A stretch of DNA of 63,561 bases. Source: Octopus sinensis (taxonomy: Eukaryota). Location of the stretch: the NCBI RefSeq assembly GCF_006345805.1, contig NW_021831876.1:1-63561 (forward strand). Reading direction: 5' to 3'. How positions within the stretch are numbered: the stretch's first letter is position 1; each line of letters opens with the position of its first letter. Below the pieces are notes generated by a model that searched no databases, had not been told where the DNA came from, and saw nothing but the letters and a program-made list of their open reading frames with translations. Position numbers and translations under genes: made by a program. Shown here piece after piece: positions 25,965-39,700 of this stretch.

Positions 25965-27329
25965 TTGTGTGTGTGTGTTTGTGTGTATATGCGTGTGTGT
26001 GTGTGTGTGTGTATGTACAGTGGTGGTCGAGTGGTTAAAAAGTTTGCTTCGCAGTCGTGCATATGAAACCGTAGGTTCAAACCGCGCTGTATGGTGTCTT
26101 AGGCAATTGGTGTTAGCGTAACTTAGGATGAGCGAAGCTTCGCGAGTGAAGCTACACTTACAATCTATCCCTGCCACATTGTGTTATGCTCAATGTGAGA
26201 GAGAATTATATTTAGTGTCTGGATATCTGTGCTATACTCGGCCATTTACACTTATAACTCAAAGCAGATAGCACAGTTGAATAAGCAACTGCGATAATGA
26301 TCGTTGAAACCGATGCAGATCCATTAGATTTACTTGTATGTATGTGTATGTGTGTTTGTATGTGTGTGTGTTTGTGTTCACGCGTGTGTGTGTGTTTGTG
26401 TATGTGTTGTTGTTGTGTGTGTGTGTGTGCTTCTATCTATAAGTGTGTGTCTGTGTCAGTGCATGTATATTCATGTGCGCTAAATGTAACTAAAGTACAC
26501 ACAACTGTTGCTTTCTCATGCAGGTTTAGAAACGGTGGACTAGAAAGTATATTGCGATCTTATTAGACAATAGCAGACTACAAAGAGGCTAGTCAGTGTT
26601 AGCAACTATTTCTTGTTCTAAGTAGCAACACTACCGATAGATGAAGAGAGCACAATGTTGTACAAATAATTGAGGATCAACTGTTAATAATAGTTGTTTA
26701 AAACAAAGAGGTAACTGCCTCTTAAAGTGCTTGAGTAACGAATAGGTTTATCAGAAATGCATACAAAAAGGTGGGGGGAAGGCACTACATGGTCGCCTGG
26801 CCTCCTAGAAATAGCAACTAAGTCTGTTAAATTTACCACCACCACCACTACCACTCCCACACCCTGGCCACCGTCTTAAAAAAAAAGACAGATATGATAC
26901 GTTCCTATCTGTACCGTGCCTTGAAAAGGAATGCGATAATCACGGCTTTGACCATAGGTCTGCTCGATCAGGACTTTCTGGACGCTGTTGAACAATAATA
27001 ATTTTACAGAAATTGAACGAGCGAAGCAGCGAGCACCTACGTGGTTACTTGACAAGCTAGAAATAGCAATCGTGTCTCTCAAATCACACGTCGCCATCTT
27101 TAAAAAATGGAAAGCTATATTAGATATATATCATCGAAGAGTAATCCCTCCTGTCAAGGCTATTTTGCTTTTCATCATACGTCTTCTGAATGGCTAAACC
27201 TCTGGCTAAACAACAATAAGTACACTGTAAAGAGTCAACGAAGATTTTCTACAAAATCGTGTAATTGCTAGAAATATCAGCTAAATCTTATTCAAAGTTA
27301 CAGGTGCAGTCAGCTTGGTAAAAAAGAAA

Positions 27330-27749
27330 AATTCTAGCGTAATTGGATGATAAAATTTTCATCAATGACAGTTGCGGTCAGGCATATGATAACGCGGTTA
27401 TTATAAGTGGAGCGAGGGATGGTTTTCTACAAAATATTGTTGTTTGTGAATTGCGAGAACCACAGCCTCAATCTGGCTTGTATCCATGCAAATGAGGTAC
27501 AAACTGATGTTAGATTTTTTTTTTTAATTCTGGAAGAAAGTGTTTACTCTTTTGCTCTTTTGCTCTTTTGCTTGTTTCAGTCATTTGACTGTGGCCATGC
27601 TGGAGCACCACCTTTAATCGAGCAACTCAACCCCTTTGTAAGCCCAGTACTTATTCTATCGGTCTCTTCTGCCGAACCGCTAACTGACGGGGACATAAAC
27701 ACACCAACATTGGTTGTCAAGCAATGCTAGGGGGACGAACACAGACACA

Positions 27750-27800
<51 letters not shown>

Positions 27801-29350
27801 ACACATATATATATATATATTATATATATACATATACATATATACAACGGACTTCTTTCAGTTTCCATCTACCAAATCCACTCACAAGGCTTTCGTCGGC
27901 CCGAGGCTATAGTAAAAGGCACTTACCCAAGATGCCACGCAATGGGACTGAACCCGGAACCATGGGGTTGATAAGCAAGCTTTTTTTTTCTTTTTTTTCT
28001 TTCTTTTACTTTTGCATCTACTTCTCGTTGTGAAATATTAAAATCATCTATTTCTCAGACTGTGAAAATATGATACATCAGGGAGTTCCCACTATAATAT
28101 TGTGAAAGTAACCTACGAAGTATGCGATAGCGCCATTGTAAGCTTCACATACTTGTAGGAAGGAGAATCGCACCAAATCTAACACAGGATCGTTTTCAAC
28201 TCAACACTTTCTGTTTTTATCTTTGTTTAATCTTTGGTATCGAATTTTATTATCTGTGGAGAAAGTTTGGATCTTTTCGGTTTGAACGGCAGTTTTTTAA
28301 AATAATTTCTAGGTAACTTCGTATACTGGTAGAATGTGTTTATAAAACATCTTTTTCTCTTGGCTTTATTGAGAAAATTCTATGGTTTGTAAGATATTTG
28401 TTGTTTTTTTCTTCAATTTCTGCAATTTCAACCAATCAATGACGTCTATTGAGGTGAAAATATTCTGTGCCGTATGAATGTGTCCCTCGTTTAAGAAACA
28501 GATTGGGTTTATTTACATTTCTGAAGAAAAAAAGATACCCTTCCCCCCACCCCTAACCCTAACCCTAAAACAGATTGAAATGCAATAGATCGTTCCTAGG
28601 GTAATAATTAGGGGTGACAATTTCATATGACACCGCTAGAAAAACTGCCGTTCAAACCGAAAAGATCCGAAAGTTTCAAAACGTTTGCAGTGTCCAGTAA
28701 TTTGGTACATGAAGCTTCTTGTCATGTAAAAAGCTTATCAAAATCTTGTATTTGAAAAAATAACGAAATTACCCACAGTGCAATATATTCGGCTAATGAC
28801 TTTTGTCAAGAATAGGGACAATAACTGCCCAAACAAGAAGAATGATGCCAGGAAAACCAATGGGAATGAGTGGAGTGATGGCACATCAAGAAATTAATCG
28901 AATAATGGTAGAGTTTGTGAACCGATTAAAAACTGAAACGGAAGATAGCAGTTTTCGCCTTCAAGATCTCGGAAATCGGTTTTCAGTTTTTCTGAATTTG
29001 TACAAAGTTATAATTGAGGGTAAACATGAAAGAGAAAGATTTAAAAAGGAACGTTCGGACTTTAGAAATTATAATAATGATGTGACAGCCAGTTAGTCAT
29101 ATGATGAAATTACTGACTTTATGGTGCCCCTTTGACCCAAAGGAAATACAGTTCCCTTTTATCCTAAAGAGGCTTTGAGATATTTACTGCAGTTTGGAAG
29201 GTGTTTCTTTCAATATCTACACGTTACTGCTTACCATCGCCTTTTTTAATTACAAACAGTGAAAGGTTTATTTTCAAAGTTGAAATTATTGAAAACAAAC
29301 CTGAAGTCTTCCATGTCACAAGAACAACTAATTAACTTGGCTTTAATCAG
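27330..29350 (+). pseudogene. hAT transposase fossil interrupted by a SINE I and a MITE
   Basis: CGQAYDNAVIISG, FVNCENHSLNLAC, FASTSRCEILK and FSKLKLLKTNLKSSMSQEQLINLALIS (hAT dimerisation domain) occur in collinear order. Confidence 0.85.
28269..28668. mobile_element. MITE with ~29-bp TIR GGATCTTTTCGGTTTGAACGGCAGTTTTT and 8-bp TSD gaaagttt
   Basis: TIRs at both ends; TSD at 28261-28268 and 28669-28676. Confidence 0.95.
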
Positions 29351-29456
29351 TACTACTATTACTACTATTACCGTATATATATATATATATATATATACAC
29401 ATACACGCGCGCACAAACACACACACACACACACACACACCACACACACACACATA

Positions 29457-29630
29457 CCTATATGCACACTAGCTGAGTATCCCGTCATTGCCGGGCAAAT
29501 TTTCACTATAGAATGCCTTGAACTTTAGGAATAACACAACCACATAAGTTGGATTTTCTCCAATTTGACGGAGATTTTTCATTTTTTCTTTCTCACGACA
29601 CCCTGGAAGGAAGCTTTTTTATGAAAAAAT
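29457..29630 (+). repeat. Helentron-like repeat head (second copy 32517-32700)
   Basis: cctatatgcacactagctgagtatcccgtcattgccgggcaaattttcac... is shared by both copies. Confidence 0.6.
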
Positions 29631-30174
29631 TCCTCTCAGCTAATATGAAAATGAAGTAGTCCGAGTGTTTTCTTTTAGGAGATCCCTTTTGGGTCGTGGA
29701 CACTAAATTTAATTAATGTGGCTGATTTATATTTAATTTGAAGAAAATATTCATTTTAACAGTTTTTAAATGCCGTCCTTCCTGGCATTTCTCAGTATTA
29801 GGCCCTGTTCTTGAATCTTGGAGGCAAGCAGTCAAGAAATTGACCAAAGACATCACCAAAACATCTTCACGCTATGAAGGCAGTATGGTCACGGTCGAGT
29901 GGTCATACATCTGTTCGTTCACAGTCAACAACTTCAAAGTAAGTTATTATGTGTGTTTATGAAGGCACGCGTGTGTTTGTGTATGTGTGTGTGTGGTTAT
30001 GTTTTTCTTTGTATGTGTATGTTTCTGTGCACGTCTGTATATGCGTGTGTGTGTACGCGCGCGCGTATGTCCTTACTGTTGGACGTGAATTGAGGATATC
30101 AAGGCGAAACGCGCTCCCAAGAATTTACATCCCTCATTAGCAACGGAAGGTATATGCTGTGGATTGGGATTAAC

Positions 30175-30589
30175 GGATCTTTTCGGTTTGAACGGCAGTT
30201 CTTTCTAGCGGCGTCATATGAAATTGTCACCCATAATTATGACCCTAGTATCGATCTATTGCATTTCAATCTGTTTTAGGGTTAGGGTTAGGGGTGGGGG
30301 AAGGGTATCTTTTTTTCTTCACAAATGTAAATAAACCCAATCTGTTTCTTAAACGAGGGACATATTCATACGGCACAGAATGTTTTTTACCTCAAAAGAC
30401 GTCAGTGATTGGTTGAAATTGCAGAAATTGAAGAAAAAAACAACAAATGTTTTACAAACTATAGAATTTTCTCAATAAAGCCAAGAGAAAAAGATGTTTT
30501 ATAAACAAATTCTACCAGTATACGAAATTTAAATTTTTTTAGTTACGTGGAAATTATTTTAAAAACTGCCGTTCAAACCGAAAAGATCC
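30175..30589. mobile_element. MITE, 8-bp TSD ggattaac
   Basis: TIRs and an exact TSD on both sides. Confidence 0.95.
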
Positions 30590-31283
30590 GGATTAACAGT
30601 CAAAAAATAAGGAAGATAGCCATTATGGGATGCGAATGACAACCATAATCAAGCAAGAGTTATGCAATGTTTGCATTGACAATCTAATGAAAGAGAATTA
30701 CAGATATTTGAAAGATCTGGCTCAATTCTAAAGCCTCTTCTCAATAAGCTGCTGTTTATAGACATGGAGTCAATAAATCGAGAGAAATCTAATCCATATA
30801 AGAACAATAATTCTACTCCATTTGCATTGTGGTTTCACTATTATTGCATATTAAATACGATACAAATTTTTTTTTTAATGGATCCAGAAAATTGCTTCCG
30901 GTTAATCTGTAGAATGAATAATAATCATCGATGTTATGGAACAAACTACCCAAGTGGAGAATTAAGTTCAATTATAAAGAAATTAGTTTAGATTGGAACA
31001 ATTAATGAGCGTGTAATCAACTTTGAATGGCGGTAATTACAATAAATATGATTAATAGCAAACTAATAAAAAAAAAGCAAAAAAAACATGGGCCCTCCAG
31101 GCAAGATGTCTTCCGTGCGACTAGTGATAGAGAAAAGGAAAATTAAATCATACGAAATACAAAAGAACGATTGAACTTTAACTTTCTTTCTTTCTTTCCT
31201 TCCCTCTCCTTCTCTCTCTGTATACACACACGCGCGCGCGCGCGCGCACACACACACACATATCTATACATTGTTACATACGC

Positions 31284-31712
31284 AACAACATGAAACAGGG
31301 CTGTGTACTTGGCCACACCCTGTCTGCATCTTCTTTGCAGTCATGCGTAAACATGGATTTGGGGCATCAACTGACCGTGTTTACCTCCACACATCAGGTC
31401 AAGTGGGAAACCGTTTAATCTGTCGAGGTTGAAAGCAAAATCCAAGGTGCGCCGCAGGCGCTCGTCAGAGAAATGTTGTTCACAGACGATTCATCACTGA
31501 CTGCACACTCGGCGGAAGGAAAATTCAGTGGCACCGGCAGAGAGCTCTTTCAAATACATTCGCTGCAAGCGTGACTGCCACTCCCGCGTGAGCCTACACA
31601 GGCGCAACAGACGCTGCACCACCACCTGCAGCTGACACGATTTCTTTGGGCGCAGATCCATGGCCTCTCGAGACTTACGGATGCCTACTGCTACAACTAC
31701 TACTACCATTAC
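31284..31712 (+). mobile_element. RTE LINE, internally deleted (RT core fused to C-terminal zinc finger and (TAC)n tail)
   Basis: MKQGCVL..CIFFAVM; SGKPFNLSRLKAKSKVRR..VREMLFTDD; then RCKRDCHSRVSLH and ccatggcctctcgagacttacggatgcctact... Confidence 0.8.
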
Positions 31713-32133
31713 CGTATATATCTCTTTTATTTGTTTCAGTCATTTGACTGCGGCCATGCTGGAGCACCGCCTTTAATCGAGCAACTCGATCCCGGGACTT
31801 ATTCTTTTGTAGGCCCAGTATTTATTCTGCCGGTCTCTTTTGCCGAAACGCTAAGTAACGGGGACATAAACACACCAGCATCGGTTGTCAAGCAATGCTA
31901 GGGGGACAAACACAGACACACAAACACACACACACATATATATATACATATATACGACGGACTTCTTCCAGTTTCCGTCTACCAAATCCACTCACAAGGC
32001 TTTATTCGGCCCGAGGCTATAGTAGAAGACACTTGCCCAAGGTGTCACGCAGTGGGACTGAACCCGGAACCATGTGGTTGGTAAACAAGCTACTTACCAC
32101 ACAGCCACTCCTGCGCCTATATATATGTATATA

Positions 32134-32432
32134 TGTGGAGGTGCAATGGCACAGTGGTTAGGGCAGCGGACTCGCGGTTGTAGGATCGCGGTTTCGATTC
32201 CCAGACCGGGCGTTGTGAGTGTTTATTGAGCGAATACACCTAAAGCTCCACGACGCTCCGGCAGGGGTGGTGGTGATACCTGCTGTACTCTTTCGCCACA
32301 ACTTTCTCTCACTCTTTCTTCTGTTGGCCTGCTCGCTTAGCCAACGGGGTGGCGTCATTTAAAGGCTAAAACAATGCGAAGCGCATTGTGACCAGCGATG
32401 TGTAGCAACATCTGGTAGCCTGATCGGTCACG
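32134..32432 (+). mobile_element. tRNA-derived SINE family III, tail type A
   Basis: Head gtggaggtgcaatggcacagtggttagggcagcggactcgc...gtttcgattccc. Confidence 0.8.
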
Positions 32433-32454
32433 GTGACCACGGTGATATATATAT

Positions 32455-32488
<34 letters not shown>

Positions 32489-34653
32489 CACGCACAAACA
32501 CACACACACACACACACCTATATGCATACTGGCAGAGTATCCCGTCAGTGCAGGGCAAATTTTCACTATAGAATGCCTTGAACTTTAGGAATAACACAAC
32601 CACATAAGTTGGATTTTCTCCAATTTGACAGAGATTCTTCAATTTTTTTTTTCCCGACACCCTGGAAGGAAGCTTTTCATGAAAAAATATTTTTGAAAAT
32701 TTATGAATCCCCATCCCCCTTCGGGACCAATTTTGTCAATTTCTTTTTGCACTACGCACTTAAAACAATGAGACACGCCTTTTCGATAAAAAGAAAAAAA
32801 ATTCTTTCAAATCCCCTCACCCAATCAGTACCGATTTGGCCTTTTTTTTTTTTTTTTTTTGCACTACAAACTTCAAAACTGTCAGAGAAGCCTAGAAGGT
32901 TAAAATAAAACATTGCTGTATTTCGGGACGGTAATTTTTTTTTTTTTTTGAGAACTACACGCACGCGATATATATCTCTTCTTCGCTCGTTTATTACTGT
33001 TCTTATTTTATTATTTAAACTCATGTCCATTATCCGGAAATCTTTCGCCACGCATCTTCAGCAACACGTTTCGTTTTCGTGTGTCTTCTTGCTTCACTTA
33101 CTCCATTCTGTTTTTCTAAGGTCTGTATCCTTATGTGCCCATGCGTTTGTATGTGTGTGTGCGTGTATGTGTGTGTAAGAGAGACAGAGAGTATGCTTGC
33201 GTGTGTGTCATAGCTTTTAGAAGCAGTGTGACCTTCCCCTCAGCAGCCCCAGCCTCCCACCCCCTTGTGCTGCTGCTGTCCTAAGACACGAAAATACGGT
33301 ACAGTTCCTGTATTCCTCTGTGTCTGTGTGTTCGCCCTCGGCGATGCCATCGTGGTAGTTGTTGTTGTTATTGCCAACATTGTCCCCGCCGCTGCTGCTG
33401 TCGTTAATTGTGTTGTTGATATTGTTGTGGCCGTCCGTGAAATTTCTTGTGTCTGTTTGTGGGTGTGTTTGGATTCGCTTCGTATGTTGTATGTACCCAT
33501 ACCCTTTATATAGATTTATTTAGTTATTTTATCTATCTCTATATCTTATATTTATCCTAGGTATGTGACAAATATATTTATATACTTGTTTATTTACCTA
33601 TTCATATATATACATATACAGACGTATGAATATAAATCTAAATATACACATAAAAGCATGTGTACATATATTCACGCAAACCGTCTCGCACGCAAGCTAA
33701 AATTCATCTATGTAGTAATTCTCATATACTGAGCAAGGAGGGGGAACGAAAGAAAGGGAGAGAGAGAAAAAGGAACGAAGGAGGGGTGGGGAAAAAACGA
33801 AATAAGAAAAAATTATGTATACAAGCAGTGTAACGGTATTATTGGCATATATAGAGACCAGTATACATACACAAGTTTGAATGGATACATATACATACAA
33901 TCGTGTATATGTGTGCTTAAGCACAAACATACTTTCACTTACACATACACAGATACGCATGCTTACAAATACATATGCTTTGCTATACACATACTTATAT
34001 AAACATTCTAATTTTGACAACATTGCTTTTTTAAAAAAATATTGCTTTTAAAAAATGGGTGCATTAATAAAAATATATACGAAAGACATATAAAATAAAA
34101 TATAACATCCTATTTTGGGTCATTTATAAATAATCAAGGTAATATAAATAATCAAGGTAATCCTATGCAATACAATAACATGAAAACAAAGTTTGTAGGT
34201 TTTTCCTAATATATATGTAGAAACATAAGACTTTGCTATACGGATTAAGATCCGCATAGCTTGGAAACAAAAACAAAATCCATCGTAGCGCTCATCGTTC
34301 AAGAGTCAAAATCAAAATCAAAAATACAAAATATATACTCTATCCATATGGTATATTTATATTCGACATTTTAAATTTAGCCGCGTGCCTACATAAGTTC
34401 ATTAGCTCACTTCTTTGATTCAAAGAATTATTGTCTTTGAATAAGATGTACATTTTTTTCTAATAGACAAAGCTTTCACTTGAAATTATTTTTGTAAGCT
34501 CCATGCCTGTATGGTGCCGCCCTGTCCAGAATGCTCCATGTCACGTTGAAAGGTGGGGCTTCCTTTTATTTTAGTTCCCAGACATATTTTGCTAGGCTGG
34601 TTTTCTTCCTATTCTCTAGTTATTTAAATGAATTTTTATGAGAATAAAATCTT

Positions 34654-34754
34654 GTTTTAAATGAATTTTCCGAAGCCCCTGTGTATGTCTTGTATTCCGA
34701 TGAGCCTTCCACTTGCAAGACATACACAGGGGCTTCGGAAAATTCATTTAAAAC
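34654..34754. repeat. Perfect 39-bp-stem hairpin with a 23-nt loop
   Basis: 34654-34692 is the exact reverse complement of 34716-34754. Confidence 0.9.
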
Positions 34755-34821
34755 GTGCGACGAAAGATTTCCGAACAATGGACATGAGTTAAAATAATAA
34801 AATAAGAACAGTAATAAACGT

Positions 34822-34851
34822 GTGAAGAAAAATTATGTATTACGTAAGTAC

Positions 34852-34882
<31 letters not shown>

Positions 34883-35522
34883 TGTATGTATGTGTGTATG
34901 TATGTATGTATATATGTGTGTGTATGGATGTATGTATGTGTGTGTGTATGTATTTATGTGTGTATGTATGTATGTACGTATGTGTGTGTGTGTATGGATG
35001 TATGTATGTATGTGTGTATGTGTGTATGTATATATGTATATATGTGTGTATGGATGTATGTATGTGTGCGCATGTATGTATGTTTGTATGTATGCATGTA
35101 CGTATGTATGTATGTATGCATGTATTATGTATGTATGTATGCGTGTATGTATGTGTGTGTGTATGCATGTATGCATGTATGTATGTATGTATGCATGTAT
35201 GTATGTATGTGTGTATGTATATATGTATGTGTGTATGTATGTATGTATGTGTGTGCATGTATGTATGTATGTATGTATGTATGTATGTATGTATGTATGT
35301 ATGTATGCATGTATGTATGTATGCATGTATTATGTATGTATGCATATATGTATGTATGCATGTATTATGTATGTATGCATATATGTATGTATGTATGCAT
35401 GCATGTATGCATGTATGTATGTATGCATGTATGTATGTATGCATGTATTATGTATGTATGCATATATGTATGTATGTATGCATGCATGTATGCATGTATG
35501 TATGTATGCACGTATGTATGTA
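34822..35522. repeat. ~700-bp complex (TATG)n microsatellite
   Basis: Read directly; explains the stack of 200-300 aa false ORFs here. Confidence 0.95.
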
Positions 35523-35547
35523 GGCATATGAAAATTCTTGAGAAAGC

Positions 35548-35800
35548 ACGTGACTTAGTGGTTACGGTATTCCGGCTCACGATCATAATGTCGTGGGTTC
35601 GATTCATGGCGGAGCATTGTGACCTAGAACAAGACATTTTATTTCATGTTGCTCCAGTCAACTTAGCTGACACAAGTGAGCAGTACCTGTCATTCAAAGT
35701 TCCAGCCTTGTCACATTCTGTCTCACGTTGACTCTCCCTGAGAACCACGTTAAGAGTACGCGTGTCTGTGGAATGCTCAGCCACTTGCACGTTAATTTCA
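35548..35800 (+). mobile_element. tRNA-derived SINE, diverged family
   Basis: A-box-like ttagtggtt and B-box-like gggttcgattc. Confidence 0.55.
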
Positions 35801-35809
35801 TTCGAGTTA

Positions 35810-38125
35810 AAGACGAGAAGTTTTATAATAAAACATGTAAATGTCTCCCGACTCCTTGTGACACGCATTTGGCACCGACCGAGAAAGACCATTTTTTTTT
35901 CACCCTTATGCAAAGTATTAAGTTCACTGAGAAAATTAACCCTTTCGAAAGGGATTTGAACACCGGTGTGAGAGACGTCAGTGATTCAAGGGTTCCTACC
36001 ACCGTTTTTTACTCAACATAGACACTAAGTATTACCTTAAAACAAGCCGGAATGTATTGAATGATGTCAACAATTCGTGGTTTAATGAGAACTGCAGACT
36101 CCTGATATTCCTTATTTCACACAGAAAGATCATAAATCAGATGTCGATAATAAAGTAATTATTAGGATGATCCGCCCAATTAAATTGTTCCTTTAGCCTT
36201 ATAGAGTAATTCCTTTACAGTCATTGATTGTTTCAAAGGTATCCCTAATAAGAGATTTACAAAATTTATGGCTGACCGTTGGTAAGGAGAGACACACAAA
36301 TAAGAAAGAAGAAAGCAAAGGACCACTGATGCGGTCACAGGAGTGTGACGAAAGAACTCTGGCCGAATGTAAAAAATAAATAATGCTTAAGCAAAGTAAC
36401 ACCAAATATATAGTGCGTGTGTTTTTATTGGCTAAACTGGCAAAATGACCATTCCTAAATACAAAAATTTATTCAGTTTGATATAAATAATTATTGCACC
36501 TCCATCACATTAACACTGTTATTCAAGGTTTTAAATTTTGCTAAAACCGTTAACAGATATTAATGATTTCGTGATTGATATAATTATACATGTCAAGAAA
36601 GCTGCTATAAGCTACGATAATTCTATTTGGATACAGAAAAATCTACAAATACTTTCTTTTATGTAAGCATAACTGAAGTCGCTACTTTATTGGTTTATTT
36701 ATTGTTTCCTCTCAGAGATGAATTCCGTAAGCTAGGTGGTGGCCTATTGATTACGACCAGTTTCAGCCCCCGAGAACCTGACTGGTTTCGGATCATTTCG
36801 GTTTGAACGGCAGTTTTTTTCTAGCGGTGTCATATGAAATTGTCACCCATAATTATGACCCTAGTATCGATCTATTGCATTTCAATCTGTTTTAGGGTTA
36901 GGGTTAGTTAGGGTTAGGGTTAGGGTTAGGGTTAGGGGTGGGGGGAAGGGTATCTGTTTTTTCTTCACAAATGTAAATAAACCCAATCTGTTTCTTAAAC
37001 GAGGGACATATTCATACGGCACAGAATGTTTTTTTACCTCAATAGACGTCATCGATTGGTTGAAATTGCAGAACTATAGAATTTTCTCAATAAAGCCAAG
37101 AGAAAAAGATGTTTTATAAACACATTCTACCAGTATACGAAGTTTAAAATTTTTTAGTTACCTAGAAATTATGTTAAAAACTGCCGTTCAAACCGAAAAG
37201 ATCCCTGGTTTCTTCAAATGTCTTTGGCACGAATCTAATTATAGTAAATTTTGGATGTGACCCTGAATCTTTGTAGCTCTGTAATGTATCATTTTGCCCA
37301 CGTAAACACGGATGAGACCATTTCATAAATATTTTTTGATCTTTAAACCATCCAAACTTATAAAAAGTTGATAAAAATGCCTCATTTAAATTATTTTGGC
37401 TGTCAGCTAACGAACTGATTTTTAACGTTTACTCAACCTATTACAAGTCATTTACTCAACGTGATTTTAAGGAGTTGTATACTATTAACTACAAAAATGA
37501 AATTAGAAAGAATAAATCTATAGATATTATTTTGTATAACCTTCAATTTAATAGGGAAATGGCAACACCTATAGCCAAATTCTTCTTTACTTAACATTTT
37601 CCGTTAGAACATAAATATTGCAATATCTTTAACAGGAATACTGTTAATTGTCTTATTTTACATCTCCTAACCTCGCGCAGAGCATTGTGTTATTGAATGT
37701 AGCTAAACTGACAAGCAGTAGTAATAATAGAACAAATTACATTAGCAGTAGCTATAATACATTTTATAATTGTGTTAAGAAGAAGAACTTGCCCTTTAGA
37801 TGGGAATTTCCTAATTAATGATGTAATATATAGGTATGCTGTTAACGTCCACACAACTAGTAATTCTTAAGAAGGTCTAATAGCTAAATAGATTTAAAGG
37901 CCAATATCAAATACACTCCTTAATTTCGAAATCCAGCAAAAAGGAATATGATATCACTTTTGGCATATATGTGGAGTCAGAAGAATAGGCACATCTAATG
38001 CGGGATCAAATGGAAGATTGTAGCTTTGCGATTTGTGTGCGGTGAAAGCAATTAAGATGCTTTCTAAAAAGGATTCGCTCTTGAATTCTGAACTCATTTC
38101 AGCATGTAAGCATAAGACTTACAGG
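35810..38125 (+). mobile_element. Highly decayed, near full-length Neptune-type Penelope element (RT plus GIY-YIG) with a MITE insertion
   Basis: Collinear motifs: QKDHK..RMIRP; VIDCFKGIPNKR; LRDEFRKLGGGL; HFPLEHKYCNIFNRNTV..SPNLAQSI; TCPLDGNFLINDVIY; LLNSELISACKHK. Confidence 0.75.
36790..37204. mobile_element. MITE, 8-bp TSD ctggtttc, about 7 TTAGGG units
   Basis: TIRs and an exact TSD. Confidence 0.95.
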
Positions 38126-38132
38126 ACATAAT

Positions 38133-39700
38133 TTAGATAACTTAGATAACTTAGATTGGTTTCGGTCATTATCGGCCCAGGCCATGACTAACTCAATAGC
38201 ACCACTTGGGAAAGTCTTTTAATTAATTATTTCGATATACCATGGACCACTCAAGCAGAGAGTTGTTGTTTGAGACGTATCCAGGTGTAGGTGGTTTGTC
38301 CAGTATTTCCTGGAGGAATTTGTCCAGGTACCGTTTGAAAGTTGTGGGGTCATTTTCTACTTTAATTTCTTTCGGGATAACATTGAAAAGAGCAGGACCA
38401 TTTGCAGTGAAGAAATTATGCCGCAATATTCTTATGTGATGTGATTTCGACCTTTGCAGGGGACGCATTGCACGGGGGCCTATTTGCGGTGAATTGTAAA
38501 CATATTACCGATATCATTTGGATAATATTGGTGGAATATTTTCCACATGGTGCAAATAATGTATTGCTCACGGAGGCATTGCAGAGAATAGAGTTTCAGC
38601 TGCTTAATTCGAGCTCAATGATCAAGTCCCATCATGCCATTTATTTATTTATTTTTTTTTAGTGATTGATCTTTGTGGCGCTTCGATCCTCATTATGCCT
38701 TGTCTTTTGTGGTGGGACCACAATGGGAAGCAGTATTCGAGGTGGAGCCTAGCGCATGTGAATAAGAGAAGGATGATAGTTTCATGATCCCTAAATTGAA
38801 AAGTTCTGAGGATACATGAGCACATTCTGCGGACAACATCGACTTTTTTGTTGATGTGCACACTCCAGCTAATGTTGCTGTCGACAAAGTCTCTAACATT
38901 ATCCGGCGGTTCAAGTAATTCTCCCGATGGTAGTGTATATGGTTGTTTTGGAGTGTGCCATCTTTTCCAAAGTGGATGAGCGCAAATTTTTCTTCGTTCA
39001 GCTGCATATTGTTTTTTTTGTGCCCAGTGGGTTACTACGCATAGGTCCGATTGAAGCATCATTCGATCTTTTAATGACTTTCTGAAGCTTAGAGTCATCT
39101 GCAAATACTTTAATGGTGTTAGGGTTAGGGTTCAATGGAATCTGCAATGTCATTGATATAGACAATAGAAAGAAGTGGACCCTGCGGGACTCCGCTGATA
39201 ACTTTTGCTGGTCTTGAGTGAATGCCATCAACCACAGCATTCTGGGTCCTGTTTGTTAGGAAATACTTAATACATTGAAGTAACTCTCTCCCGACTCCAG
39301 TGTTGGATAGTTACCTTAACAGTATATTGTGGTCGACTCTGTCAAAGGCCATGCTGAAGTCAAGGTATATGACATCAGTGTTGGAGCCCTCACTTAGTGC
39401 ATTTAAGATGTCATCAAAGTGGTGGAGGAGCTGTGTTAGACAGTCCCTCTCACCACGAAAGCCATGCTGTTGCAATTTAGAAGATAATTTTGCTCTAGGA
39501 AGGCTATCATTCTTGATCTCAACACTCTCTCAAATATTTTGATATGTGCGGTGAGTGAAATTGGACGGTAGTTTACTGGGAGTTTTAAAAATAGGAACGA
39601 TTGACTGGGAGAGAAAGTTTTGAGAGATGAAACCTGTTTCCGGTGATTTCCTCCAGAGATTTGCAAGAGAAGCTGCAAGTTGCTATCTGCACTCCTGAAC
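38133..39700 (-). mobile_element. CR1-group LINE ORF2 remnant, 5'-truncated, with a 9-bp tandem 3' tail
   Basis: NYRPISLT, QHGFR, YLDFSMAFDRVDH, SGVPQG, KVFADD, FKRYLDKFL..PPTPGY; tail (ttagataac)n at 38133-38156. Confidence 0.9.

Noticed and set aside
30620-30760. Second hAT C-terminal fragment
   Set aside because: The resemblance to the ERxFS motif is too weak.
32134-32210. tRNA gene
   Set aside because: It has A/B-box-like motifs but no convincing cloverleaf and runs on into a SINE body; the other SINE heads are the same.
32880-33500. CpG-richer region suggesting a promoter or first exon
   Set aside because: Only low-complexity ORFs and no diagnostic element; it cannot be supported without transcript data.
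34748-35731. Stack of 200-300 aa ORFs
   Set aside because: They are translations of a (TATG)n microsatellite, which lacks stops in several frames.
36221-36281. Apparent 61-nt exon with good splice sites (IDCFKGIPNKRFTKFMADRW)
   Set aside because: The peptide matches the Penelope RT motif VIDWFK.IPNK and is collinear with other PLE motifs, so the splice-like sites are coincidental. The same applies to the acceptor near 36716.
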